IMG/VR virus record: IMGVR_UViG_3300014541_000001
Location: 9,504 to 73,503 of that record
Strand: one strand, 5' to 3'
Length of the DNA stretch: 64,000 nucleotides
Origin: a virus
The translations under genes and the position numbers were made by a program. How positions within the stretch are numbered: position 1 is the first letter of the stretch; each line of letters opens with the position of its first letter. Shown in pieces: positions 30,257-39,203 of this stretch. The notes beneath the pieces are model-generated. The model saw only the letters and a list, made by a program, of their open reading frames with translations. It did not search any database and had not been told where the DNA came from.

Positions 30257-30749
30257 TTACAAATCTCCAAATAAATCCTTTAACTGTCTTATTCCTAATA
30301 CCTCTACAACACCTAGAAATATCACTTACATCTCCATTTACTGATTTAGCAGCATCTGAAATTGATAAGTGTTTCTTAATAGGTATCATATCTAAACTAT
30401 ATTGCATAACTGGTAAACATGGATTGGTAGGAGTGTTAATGTTACATTGAGAGTTTTCAAAAGCATTAACCCATCTAAGATTACTAACTTTATTATTAGT
30501 AGTATTACCATCTATATGGTCAACATATGGATGATTATTAGTGTTAGGTATAAACTCTTGTGCTACCAGTCTATGTACATAAAGGTCCTCTTTTTTTCCA
30601 TTTAGGGATAGATGTACAGTCTGATATCTGCCTGATGAGCCTATTCTTAACTTAAGTATTTTATTGCTACGACAGCTCAATACCCTACCCGAGGATGATA
30701 CTGAATATATACCCTCATATCCCGTTATAGGTCTCCATTCCTCATTCAT
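30249..30749 (-). CDS. HNH homing endonuclease (NUMOD4 + HNH)
   Basis: WRPITGYEGIYSVSSSGRVLS; HRLVAQEFIPNTNNHPYVDHIDGNTTNNKVSNLRW. Confidence 0.75.
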   Translation of the reverse strand: MNEEWRPITGYEGIYSVSSSGRVLSCRSNKILKLRIGSSGRYQTVHLSLNGKKEDLYVHRLVAQEFIPNTNNHPYVDHIDGNTTNNKVSNLRWVNAFENSQCNINTPTNPCLPVMQYSLDMIPIKKHLSISDAAKSVNGDVSDISRCCRGIRNKTVKGFIWRFVNE

Positions 30750-31221
30750 ATCTATTTACCAATGTTTTAACTTTACTAATATAGTTTGGGTCCTCTGCAT
30801 ACCCTATCTCTTCAAGGAATTGATAGTAGTTATTCGGGGGCTTATATCTATATTGTATGCAGTTAAGATAAGCAACCACACTCTCTGTCCAATGATTGAA
30901 CTTAAAGTAGTCCTTATTCTTACTGTCATATAAACCAAACAGGTTATTATATTCCTTGAACACTTTGGACCTAAAGTGCCCTGTTTCAAGAATAGCCTGT
31001 GCTCTCACTATGTCTGGGTACATGACACCATAATAATTAAGAACTTTAGGTAAATCCTTTTCAGGATTATCTGACATTAAGAACTCTGGTTGCTCTAACT
31101 TAATGCACTCCACTTTTGGTGGATGCTCCAGCTGTGCTATCTTCTTGTGAATCACCCATGAACAATAGACATTCACTGAAAGAAGAATAGCACAAGCCAG
31201 ACATGTTATAATATGTTTCAT
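30742..31221 (-). CDS. secreted GH73 N-acetylglucosaminidase (endolysin candidate)
   Basis: Signal-peptide-like N-terminus; RAQAILETGHFRSKVFKEYNNLFGLY matches the GH73 AQAxLESGWG...NNLFGIK core. Confidence 0.7.
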   Translation of the reverse strand: MKHIITCLACAILLSVNVYCSWVIHKKIAQLEHPPKVECIKLEQPEFLMSDNPEKDLPKVLNYYGVMYPDIVRAQAILETGHFRSKVFKEYNNLFGLYDSKNKDYFKFNHWTESVVAYLNCIQYRYKPPNNYYQFLEEIGYAEDPNYISKVKTLVNRYE

Positions 31222-31236
31222 CTCACTTGTTTTAAA

Positions 31237-31587
31237 TTAGATTTCTTTATTTAACCATTTAAACCACATTAAGTAAGGTGCTCTTAGCACAATCCTAGTG
31301 TCTACTTTCTCCCAGCCATTGTTGCTACATTCTCCACTATATTGTATATGATAAGCTATAATTGCTATTATACTGACTACAATATTTATAACAGGAATAA
31401 AGCATATAATCATAGCTATAATGACTATCCATAAAGGTACTTTCACTCTCTCATTTCCATCATTAACCCAAGGATAGTGGTCCCAATGTTCAGTAACATT
31501 TTCTCTAACTCTTTTCTGTGGATATGAGAAGAACATCAGTGTGCCCAATATGAACACACTGATGATAAAAGAAATAAACCAAAACAT
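31237..31587 (-). CDS. membrane protein (holin candidate)
   Basis: Two to three predicted TM helices; adjacent to the lysin. Confidence 0.4.
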   Translation of the reverse strand: MFWFISFIISVFILGTLMFFSYPQKRVRENVTEHWDHYPWVNDGNERVKVPLWIVIIAMIICFIPVINIVVSIIAIIAYHIQYSGECSNNGWEKVDTRIVLRAPYLMWFKWLNKEI

Positions 31588-31592
31588 AATTA

Positions 31593-32381
31593 CTATCCTA
31601 TATTCTTAAACAATGTAGGAACCTGACCATAAACAGGAAGCTTTCCATCCCATTTGTCAATCCACATCTGCTCAAGAATAGCAGGAGTAAGAGCTTTAGT
31701 CTTAAGCTCATTAGCTTTATATTCAGCTTCAGCAGCTACAATAAGCTTCTTGGCTTGTGCTTCTGCTACTCTGATCTCATTCTCTACTTTCATTGCATCC
31801 TGTACAGCCTTATTCTTGGCATTTACAGCATCTACAATAGTTTGAGGATATTTAAGTCCGGAAGTTAATTGTTCAAGCTGGAAGTTTTCCTTAAGTAATG
31901 CTGCTGATAAATGAGTTTCAATTGCTCTCTCTATACTATCCCTATTACTTACAATATAATCAGTGGTGAAGTTGTTCAATTGTATCCTAAAGGCATCCCT
32001 TACATAGTTGAATAGAGTTCCTTCAATAACTTCACTCAGTTCCTTTCTATATTTCTTGAATACCTCCGGGGACTTCCCATCAACTAATTTCAATGATATA
32101 GTAGGGTCTACAGTGAACTCTGAACCATCTTTGGCATTGATTGTAAACGGTGGATAATCTACAGTTTTCACATAAGTTTCATACTCATAGATAGCTGTAG
32201 TAACAGGATTGTAGAATACTCTACCTGTAACCAGTGCAACATCTCCGACACCTTTGTCATCACCATAAAGGTTCACTTTGATACCTTCACAACCAGCATC
32301 AATTCTCTCACAAGATGATAGCAACACTGTTGTCATCACCATAAAGGCTGTAAGCAAGCCTTTTACAAATTTACTCTTCAT
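31593..32381 (-). CDS. SPFH/band-7-like lipoprotein
   Basis: Lipobox VLLSSC; Ala/Glu-rich coiled region EIRVAEAQAKKLIVAAEAEYKANE. Confidence 0.5.
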   Translation of the reverse strand: MKSKFVKGLLTAFMVMTTVLLSSCERIDAGCEGIKVNLYGDDKGVGDVALVTGRVFYNPVTTAIYEYETYVKTVDYPPFTINAKDGSEFTVDPTISLKLVDGKSPEVFKKYRKELSEVIEGTLFNYVRDAFRIQLNNFTTDYIVSNRDSIERAIETHLSAALLKENFQLEQLTSGLKYPQTIVDAVNAKNKAVQDAMKVENEIRVAEAQAKKLIVAAEAEYKANELKTKALTPAILEQMWIDKWDGKLPVYGQVPTLFKNIG

Positions 32382-32565
32382 GTTTTCTTTTAAATTTAAT
32401 TGTTGTTAAAAACCTTGTATTTATTGTCACAGCTATAGTATATACCATGATAATAAATCCAATAATATTCTCTATGGTATTAGCTGCATTCAACATGCTA
32501 AAACCAACTGAGCTTACTACTATAAATAGTATGAACCATACTGATACTTTAATAAAGTTACTCAT
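32371..32565 (-). CDS. small membrane protein
   Basis: 64 aa with two TM helices. Confidence 0.3.
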   Translation of the reverse strand: MSNFIKVSVWFILFIVVSSVGFSMLNAANTIENIIGFIIMVYTIAVTINTRFLTTIKFKRKHEE

Positions 32566-33305
32566 GCTTTCTTAGTTATGAATAAATAGTTACTTCTTGA
32601 ATCTTTTGAGGCATCTACACACCATGAATGATGAGGACTGTATGCAATAGCATTAGGCTTATTCAGCCTACTATATACACTTTTGATTACTGAATCTCCA
32701 ATACCGGAAATAGTACATGGTTTGTATTTGAGTGAGACTCTATTACCAATATCAAACCAGTCTTCTTTCCTTATAAGATATACTAGCTTTGGTCCTCTAC
32801 TATAATTATGGTATAATGTACCCACTAGTTGCTTCTTGTGTGTTTCATCAGCAAGTTCACATATAGGTTTCAATACAGGCATATTATTCCTGTTATATTC
32901 CTCTGTGTTGATGTATCCTGATAGTGGTTCACAAGACTTAGGTCTTGAGGTTCTCTTCTTGTAGTTGAGTATTCCATTTGTCACATAGAATCCACCATAC
33001 CAAGTGATGTCTTCCTTCTCTTTTATGTGGTCATAGAATATCTTCTTCAAGTTATAAGACTTTGTTGATTTATCACATCTCTCAAGGAACTCTGAAAAAA
33101 CTTTGTTTACAGGTCTGCCAATGTTGACCTTAAGGAATCTTTCAATACCATTAAATGCCCATTTAGCCCTGTCATCTTCCCAGTTGTTCTTGAACCAATT
33201 AGCCTCTTTGTATGCCACTCTGTCACCACCTAGTCTATTAATTCTAGCTCTAGGGGTTCTGTGATGCCATTTAGTGCCTCTACCTCTTTCTTTGAACTCT
33301 ATCAT
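32562..33305 (-). CDS. hypothetical protein
   Basis: 247-aa ORF. Confidence 0.45.
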   Translation of the reverse strand: MIEFKERGRGTKWHHRTPRARINRLGGDRVAYKEANWFKNNWEDDRAKWAFNGIERFLKVNIGRPVNKVFSEFLERCDKSTKSYNLKKIFYDHIKEKEDITWYGGFYVTNGILNYKKRTSRPKSCEPLSGYINTEEYNRNNMPVLKPICELADETHKKQLVGTLYHNYSRGPKLVYLIRKEDWFDIGNRVSLKYKPCTISGIGDSVIKSVYSRLNKPNAIAYSPHHSWCVDASKDSRSNYLFITKKA

Positions 33306-33499
33306 ATGCTGAATAATTTAATGTACACTCTTTCTTGGAATGTATTATCCCAATGGTACTTATTATACCATAACAATACTAAGTATCTATTGTATGATTT
33401 AACAATACTGATACTGGGGTGATACCTGATGTAGGTGATGATTAGCCATATAATGACTAACACACCTACTATAGCTCTAATATATAATGTACTTAGCAT
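33302..33499 (-). CDS. small membrane protein
   Basis: 65 aa with one TM helix. Confidence 0.3.
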   Translation of the reverse strand: MLSTLYIRAIVGVLVIIWLIITYIRYHPSISIVKSYNRYLVLLWYNKYHWDNTFQERVYIKLFSI

Positions 33500-33515
33500 A
33501 ACACAACTGATTTAG

Positions 33516-33875
33516 TTAGTCCTCTAATACATTATAAGTAAAGCCTTGACCACCAAGGTGTTCTGTGATTCTCCTTAAATGAGCTTCAAGTCTCATTTTG
33601 GCATTCATTGCCTTCCATTGACTGCCTCTAACCTTTACATCAACATTGCTTCTGTCATCTATCATCCATAGATAAGCATCCTTTGTAAGGTTAATAGACT
33701 GTTTGATGTTCTGCATTTGCCTGACACTCACAGTGATTACCTCTTTGTTTTTGCCTTTTGCATCAGATACCTCAACATTGAAGTTATCATATGCATTTTG
33801 AGCCTTGGCATCCTGCTCACTAAGCATTACTCTACCTTTGAGAATAATGCTTAGGTTCACCTTTATTTCACTCAT
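33516..33875 (-). CDS. hypothetical protein
   Basis: 119-aa ORF. Confidence 0.4.
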   Translation of the reverse strand: MSEIKVNLSIILKGRVMLSEQDAKAQNAYDNFNVEVSDAKGKNKEVITVSVRQMQNIKQSINLTKDAYLWMIDDRSNVDVKVRGSQWKAMNAKMRLEAHLRRITEHLGGQGFTYNVLED

Positions 33876-33877
33876 AG

Positions 33878-34258
33878 TTATTCTTTACCACTTCCTGCCT
33901 TAAGAGCTATCATAGTCAGTTTGGCAATAGGATTATCACTCTTTGAAAGTTTATCAAGGGTGTACATTGTCATGAACTCCTTCTCCTGCTCAATGATTTG
34001 AGGAACTTCATCAACATGAAGACACTTGTGCATCAAGGCAATAAGGATTAATCCTTGTGCTTCTTGAGGTACTTTCATTATCTCAATCAGGACATTGGTA
34101 TATGCTTCCTTAGTACCTTTGAATTTAGAGTCACTTTCTTCCATGATGTCAAGAGACTTTTCAAAGGCATCAATGACTTCATCTTCAAAGTGTTTACCAA
34201 CTCCTAGTGCATCCTCCATCTCTCTAAAGATATCCAGACCATCATCTTTCTTTTCCAT
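33878..34258 (-). CDS. hypothetical acidic protein
   Basis: 126-aa ORF. Confidence 0.4.
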   Translation of the reverse strand: MEKKDDGLDIFREMEDALGVGKHFEDEVIDAFEKSLDIMEESDSKFKGTKEAYTNVLIEIMKVPQEAQGLILIALMHKCLHVDEVPQIIEQEKEFMTMYTLDKLSKSDNPIAKLTMIALKAGSGKE

Positions 34259-34289
34259 TACTATTTATATTAAGTTAAACAATGTGTAC

Positions 34290-34327
34290 AAAAAAAAAAG
34301 GCTACCACTCATTGCTGAATGATAGCC
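34290..34327 (-). terminator. intrinsic terminator (minus strand) downstream of the tRNA-like RNAs
   Basis: Hairpin GGCTATCATTCAGCAATGAGTGGTAGCC followed by T10 on the minus strand. Confidence 0.6.
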
Positions 34328-34455
34328 TTATAGAAGTAGAACAGTTATAGTGGGTATTAACCTGTCAGTCAGTCTGTTAATCCGACAGGCACAAATTAAA
34401 TATATAGGCATTTTCATTTTATGAAGTAACCACTATATACACTAACTTCCATTTG

Positions 34456-34590
34456 TGGGGGTGAAAGGACTCGAACCTTTATAAGATAGTTTTACAAGAC
34501 TATTGTGTCAACCGAAGTAACTCTTACTAACCACTACTGTTTTACCAGAGAACATTTGTAAGAGTGTTGTGTTTATTGCACCACACCCCC
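34456..34590 (-). ncRNA. tRNA-like RNA 2 with ~60-nt conserved insert (candidate YrlA-type Y RNA)
   Basis: Ends pair as a 7-bp acceptor (GGGGGTG/CACCCCC); T-arm AAAGG-TTCGAGT-CCTTT; internal conserved block ACTCT..AAATGTTCTCT-hairpin-AGTAGTG..AGAGTTACTTCGG. Confidence 0.55.
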
Positions 34591-34621
34591 TTGTTTTTTG
34601 CTGTCTTTCCAGCTGTCATTG

Positions 34622-34757
34622 TGGGGATAATAGGATTTGAACCTATGACCATGAGCTTAAAAGGCTGAAGTAACTCTATTTATCACTACTTGTGTATGAC
34701 ACAAGAGAACATTTAACAGAGTATAATACGTGCTCTACCTGACTGAGCTATATCCCC
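34622..34757 (-). ncRNA. tRNA-like RNA 1 with ~60-nt conserved insert (candidate YrlA-type Y RNA)
   Basis: Acceptor GGGGATA/TATCCCC; D-arm GCTC..GAGC; T-arm ATAGG-TTCAAAT-CCTAT; Lys-like CTTTTAA loop in the 3' part; same internal conserved block as RNA 2. Confidence 0.55.
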
Positions 34758-34800
34758 GAATAAGTACCATAGAACAGATAACAGAGTGTTATTACAAAAC

Positions 34801-34866
34801 CCATATTGAAGTAACTCTGTTGCACACTAATGGTACTATATTTTAAAGGAACTTGGGAACATTTAT
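34801..34866 (-). repeat. third copy of the conserved Y-RNA insert element (AAATGTTCC...TAGTG...GAGTTACTTCAA)
   Basis: Minus-strand sequence ATAAATGTTCCCAAG...CATTAGTGTGCAACAGAGTTACTTCAATATGG aligns to the inserts of RNA 1 and RNA 2. Confidence 0.4.
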
Positions 34867-35007
34867 CAGACTGATTTTGGTAAACTGATTCCACATATTA
34901 GTTTGAAGTAAGTCTGAAACTCACCACAAGCTCCTATATAATATGTATAAGCTTTTAGTATGTACTCTAGCTTTAGAGAGTCTCATTTCATCACTTTTGC
35001 TTATACT

Positions 35008-36417
35008 TTATTGTTCATCAAACTTATTCTCAATGCCCTCAAGAGCAGCAATATAAGTTAGGAAATGTTCCGAAAAACCACTGATTTCAGCTGTCCACTT
35101 ACCCCTGTAGTTTACCCCCTTTGTGTTAGCACTTACATCACAAATGTAATTGTATGTACCATAAGGTTCAGGTATTCTAAGGTTAGGGAAATCACAATCC
35201 TGTGAGTCACTGAATACAATGATTCTATCAAACTCTTTGCCTACATGAAACTTACACCAATTAAGGCATTGTCTGGTGAATATACCACCACCACCAATTC
35301 TTTTATTAGTGTCTCTGATTTGCTTGATGATACCAAATCCCTTTTGAGGATATTTGATATGTTCATGTGCTCCTTCTCTTCTGCCATCATTACCAGCTGT
35401 AGCTACTATTTCATAGTCCTCACACTGATTGACTGTCAACATAGCCATTGCACAAGCAGCATCATATCTTGTAAAGTCTGATTTACTTGACATTGGTGCA
35501 CCCATTGAGCCTGATACATCAACAATGAATAAAGTTTTGCCGGGTAACTTAGGCAAATTAGCATAAGATGCCAGCATACTATCTTCAATATCTCTCTCAA
35601 ATTCAGGATTCATCCTTGCTGTCTTAAGGAAATCAAGAGGTAATAACATACTTGACTTGAGGTTCTGTAAGCCTTGTTGAATAATTCTTCTGTCAACATC
35701 AGCTCTCTTCATATTTGCTATGTTCCTCAACATTGCAAGTCCACCAATCTTTTGATTCTCAATCAGCATTTGCCAAGTCTGTTTCTTGTCTTTGCCTGTT
35801 GAAAGCAATACTTCCCATGTTTCAGGTGGTGTAAGAGTTCTTGTAGCTACCTTTTCAAATAGCTTGGTCTCATACTCATTTCTTGCTTTAGCATGAGTCA
35901 GGAATAACACATCTCTTAATTTAATGGCACTATCTCTGTCATATTTAGCCAGTTTGTACTCATTGAAATTATGAAATGCTTCTGCCAGACCCTTCTTAGC
36001 TTGATTACAGATTGGTTTCTTTCCTTCCTTCCAATATAATGCAAGGAAATCAGTCAACATATCTGCCCTAGTTATAATTCTAGGCAACAAGTCTTTGACA
36101 AACATCTTGTGTTCAGGATACTTACACATCTCAACTGCAATGAACAGAGGAGTATGTCTTAGTTTGCTTACCAATCTTGCTTCAAGTGCTATGTTATACA
36201 CATCTTGAGCATTACATAATGGTATCAATCTCTTGATTTCTTCTGCTACTCTGGCACCATCAACATATGCTACATCTTCCCATAAGAGATTAGCTAATAC
36301 AGCTCTCCTAAGTAAAGCAATGTTTGACTGTCTTGCAGCAAATGAACCTGAACCACCAGCCAATCTTTCATCTACAACTTTAGGTGTAGGTTTAAGCGAC
36401 GGATTTAATTTTGACAT
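35008..36417 (-). CDS. Ro60-like (TROVE domain + C-terminal vWA) RNA-binding protein
   Basis: About 290-aa helical N-terminus then vWA MIDAS LFIVDVSGSMG; domain order as in Ro60/Rsr; tRNA-like RNAs immediately downstream on the same strand. Confidence 0.55.
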   Translation of the reverse strand: MSKLNPSLKPTPKVVDERLAGGSGSFAARQSNIALLRRAVLANLLWEDVAYVDGARVAEEIKRLIPLCNAQDVYNIALEARLVSKLRHTPLFIAVEMCKYPEHKMFVKDLLPRIITRADMLTDFLALYWKEGKKPICNQAKKGLAEAFHNFNEYKLAKYDRDSAIKLRDVLFLTHAKARNEYETKLFEKVATRTLTPPETWEVLLSTGKDKKQTWQMLIENQKIGGLAMLRNIANMKRADVDRRIIQQGLQNLKSSMLLPLDFLKTARMNPEFERDIEDSMLASYANLPKLPGKTLFIVDVSGSMGAPMSSKSDFTRYDAACAMAMLTVNQCEDYEIVATAGNDGRREGAHEHIKYPQKGFGIIKQIRDTNKRIGGGGIFTRQCLNWCKFHVGKEFDRIIVFSDSQDCDFPNLRIPEPYGTYNYICDVSANTKGVNYRGKWTAEISGFSEHFLTYIAALEGIENKFDEQ

Positions 36418-36444
36418 AAATTTTATGTTTTAAAAGTTTAACGA

Positions 36445-36455
36445 TGCAAAGATAA
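36445..36455 (-). promoter_or_regulatory. Bacteroidetes-type -7 promoter box (minus strand TTAtcTTTGCA) for the Ro60-like gene
   Basis: The reverse complement of tgcaaagataa is TTATCTTTGCA, about 28 nt upstream of the ATG; a TTTG -33-like element lies about 20 nt further upstream. Confidence 0.45.
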
Positions 36456-36674
36456 GTTATTTATTTGACATATGCAAATGTGAAAATAACTTTAACTTCA
36501 CTTAACTATACCACACTTCAGGTGGAAATTCATCAATTTCTTCTTTCTCTTTCATATTATATCTTTGACATTACAAAGGCTGTTAAACAAGTAACTACAC
36601 ATACTACAATTACAGCACATATAATCATACATACTGCTGTTCCAAGTAGAGTATCTTCTGGCTTTACTTTCATA

Positions 36675-37091
36675 TTATAAATGGTCTGGATGATTATGTA
36701 TAATCCATTTACATGAGCATACTATAATAAGATGCTGTATGCCTGTGGCTAATAATACACCTATTACTATAATCTGCCAATTAGGTAATGACTCCCAACT
36801 TGACAAGTATATAGCACATAAGAAGAATGTAATCCATGTAGTACTACAATAGATACAATAACCTAAAGGATATGCAATGAATGCTAAGAGGCTTCTACCA
36901 AATGATTTCTCAATGATGTAACCTTTCTCTTCCATATCCTCATAATATTTAGCCCAAGGTTTGAGTATTCCATAGTACAACCAGTTGAATATCATACCTC
37001 TAGGCTTAAGGCAATTCCTGTAGAATATACCTAATAGTCCACCTGCTATACCTAACAGGATAAACTCAATTAATACAGTTATCAGTTCCAT
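36675..37091 (-). CDS. integral membrane protein (4 TM)
   Basis: Hydrophobic segments throughout the 138-aa ORF. Confidence 0.45.
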   Translation of the reverse strand: MELITVLIEFILLGIAGGLLGIFYRNCLKPRGMIFNWLYYGILKPWAKYYEDMEEKGYIIEKSFGRSLLAFIAYPLGYCIYCSTTWITFFLCAIYLSSWESLPNWQIIVIGVLLATGIQHLIIVCSCKWIIHNHPDHL

Positions 37092-37177
37092 TTATTTCCA
37101 CATTTTAAGTTTGCTACCTTTGCATTCAGCTATCAGCATGAACACAACTCCTTTTCTTTTCTGTAATACTTTCATAA

Positions 37178-37426
37178 TTATATGATTTCAATAGTTCTTC
37201 TTCCAAATGCCTTAGGTATTGCTCCTTCAATATCCATAGTTACTGTGGATGTATTAGGTACACCATTAACCAGCACCTTATCCTCATCAGTAAGTGGTGT
37301 GTATGATAGATTTCTAAATAGATAACCACATCTTACACACCAACATACTCCATATTTATTCTGTCTTACCTTATGGTGACCATAAGTACACAGTCTTATT
37401 GCTTTAAGGTATTCATCTTTTGTCAT
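37178..37426 (-). CDS. hypothetical protein
   Basis: 82-aa ORF with CWCVRCG Zn-ribbon-like motif. Confidence 0.35.
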   Translation of the reverse strand: MTKDEYLKAIRLCTYGHHKVRQNKYGVCWCVRCGYLFRNLSYTPLTDEDKVLVNGVPNTSTVTMDIEGAIPKAFGRRTIEII

Positions 37427-37431
37427 TAAAT

Positions 37432-37740
37432 CTATTCTATATTGAATATGATTCTAATTATTCTCTTCCACTTAGATTCTTTATTAGGAATAGGATTAGT
37501 CTTAGTAGCTCTGGCTCCTCCTCTGGTTATTTTTCTGTTAATTAAATGAGAGTCAGACCCAATAGATACAAAACATACTCCTTTGAGATGTCTGTAATAT
37601 CTCTTTTGAATAGATACAGCAGGATGTGTACCTAATTCTTCAGCTATTTCCTCAAATCTTGCTTTAAGATTATAAGGATTTCTTCTGATTCTGTCAACAA
37701 TCAGATTATCTTCCTCTGATGTAAATTTGTTTCTAGTCAT
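37432..37740 (-). CDS. hypothetical protein (Myb/SANT-like HTH?)
   Basis: FTSEEDNLIVDRIRRNP... Confidence 0.35.
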   Translation of the reverse strand: MTRNKFTSEEDNLIVDRIRRNPYNLKARFEEIAEELGTHPAVSIQKRYYRHLKGVCFVSIGSDSHLINRKITRGGARATKTNPIPNKESKWKRIIRIIFNIE

Positions 37741-37772
37741 GATGATTAATGTATTAAAGGATTAATAATAGT

Positions 37773-37813
37773 ATCCCCAACTGGACTCGAACCAGTGTCT
37801 AAGGTAGTAATTG
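37773..37813 (-). pseudogene. 3'-half tRNA fragment
   Basis: ACTGG-TTCGAGT-CCAGT T-arm plus TGGGGAT acceptor 3' strand, with no matching 5' half. Confidence 0.3.
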
Positions 37814-37886
37814 TGGCTCAAATGAGGGTCCAACTCATAACCTTCTCCTTAGGACGGAGCTGCTCTATGCATTGAGCTATTGAGCC
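37814..37886 (-). tRNA. tRNA-Arg(CCU)-like with atypical T-loop
   Basis: Manual cloverleaf: GGCTCAA/TTGAGCC acceptor; D-arm GCTC..GAGC; loop GTCCTAA; T-loop TTGGACC is non-canonical. Confidence 0.5.
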
Positions 37887-38488
37887 TTCAATCTACCAAA
37901 GTATTCACTTTTGCCTTGTGGAGCATTTTTATTTCTGCTACCAAAGTTATCAGTTAAGGAATGACAATTAGGACAAAGTAACTGCAAGTTGTCTTCTTTA
38001 TTGTTAGTAGAATCTCCATCTATATGATGTATCTGTAGTGGTATTAATCCAGTATGAGGGTTAATCTCTGACCATCCACATACTTGACATTTATTATTAT
38101 ACTTCTCCATCATATATCTCCTTATGAATGAGCTGTATGTATATCCTGAAGTACCAGATATTTCTCCATTCTTCCACTTCATTATATTACTCTCATATTT
38201 GTGCCTTGATGCACATTCTATGCTGCAATAATCATGAGGTCTTGATGGTGCACATACAAATTCTCTTCCACAATAGACACAGATTGCTTTATTGGCTGTA
38301 CCTCTGTTGAAGTTTTCATTAGGATTAATAATTCTCCTACTAACAATAGGTATGCCTAGCCTAATAGCAGCTTTCTTTACTCCAGCACCTGTACAGTTGT
38401 ATATTCTACCTATTTGCTCATAACTTAACTTATCCTCAAGTATATACTTGGTTAAGTTCTCTTTTTCATTATTCCATCTCATATTCAA
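37877..38488 (-). CDS. HNH endonuclease with N-terminal sigma-70 region-4-like HTH
   Basis: CQVCGWSE...IHHIDGDSTNNKEDNLQLLCPNCH. Confidence 0.7.
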   Translation of the reverse strand: MNMRWNNEKENLTKYILEDKLSYEQIGRIYNCTGAGVKKAAIRLGIPIVSRRIINPNENFNRGTANKAICVYCGREFVCAPSRPHDYCSIECASRHKYESNIMKWKNGEISGTSGYTYSSFIRRYMMEKYNNKCQVCGWSEINPHTGLIPLQIHHIDGDSTNNKEDNLQLLCPNCHSLTDNFGSRNKNAPQGKSEYFGRLKAQ

Positions 38489-38655
38489 ACTTGTTTTTAA
38501 TTTGTATAAAGATACAAATAATAGTTTGAATATGCAATGGTCTAACTTAACTACTTACCTCCATTCTATCCCTTGACTTATGAGAGCATTTAGTAGTACT
38601 ATCTTCACAGACTATACTACTTAAAACCATTAAAATACAAGTTCTTTATATTTAA

Positions 38656-39114
38656 TTAACCGAAAAGAATCTCTTTATCAAGTTCTGTCAACATCTTGAA
38701 TGCCTTGATAGCACTTTCTTCATCCTTGAAGTACACAATACCTGCATATATTACAGTCTCATGCACGCAGATGCCAAGACTGTTACCCATATCTCTACTT
38801 GTGGTAAATCCTTGTTTTGATTGACCAATGAAGTAGCCTTTGTTATATGGAGTTCTCTTCCAATTCCCATTGAAGTATTTAGCCATTAAACATAATTTGG
38901 CATTAACATCAAATTTATCATGTTCTTCATAAGGAACTGTAACACAAGTAGTAGTGAGATTATTATCACCTAACTGCAACTTAATAGACTCATAAGAGAG
39001 TGCTAACTCCTGCTCTGAATATACTGTCAATGCCAGTTCTTTCAGCGCTTTGTTATTACCATTGAACCAGCATCTTGCTTGCTCAATAGATACTTTGACT
39101 GTTCTTGTTTCCAT
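38656..39114 (-). CDS. hypothetical protein
   Basis: 152-aa ORF. Confidence 0.45.
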   Translation of the reverse strand: METRTVKVSIEQARCWFNGNNKALKELALTVYSEQELALSYESIKLQLGDNNLTTTCVTVPYEEHDKFDVNAKLCLMAKYFNGNWKRTPYNKGYFIGQSKQGFTTSRDMGNSLGICVHETVIYAGIVYFKDEESAIKAFKMLTELDKEILFG

Positions 39115-39147
39115 TATATATTGTTATTAGTTAATTAATAAATATAA

Positions 39148-39177
39148 GGATAGACTATATTCACATACTGTCTATCC
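39148..39177 (-). terminator. perfect 8-bp inverted repeat (GGATAGAC..GTCTATCC), possible terminator
   Basis: Seen directly; the downstream tract is A/T-rich but not a clean U-run. Confidence 0.3.
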
Positions 39178-39203
39178 TATCCCCTTAATATTAACCACAT
39201 AAT

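Noticed and set aside
34456-34757. Alternative reading of the two long tRNA-like genes as ordinary tRNAs (Lys-UUU-like and Thr-UGU-like 3' portions) interrupted by ~60-nt introns
   Set aside because: Not fully excluded. It is disfavoured because the 5' portions do not supply complementary anticodon-stem strands, the inserts are mutually conserved with covariation, a third free copy exists, and a Ro60-like gene is adjacent. It is kept as the would-refute scenario in the findings.
37107-37116. Plus-strand TACCTTTGCA box inside the minus-strand gene block
   Set aside because: No plus-strand gene follows it; likely a chance or antisense occurrence, and not called as a promoter.
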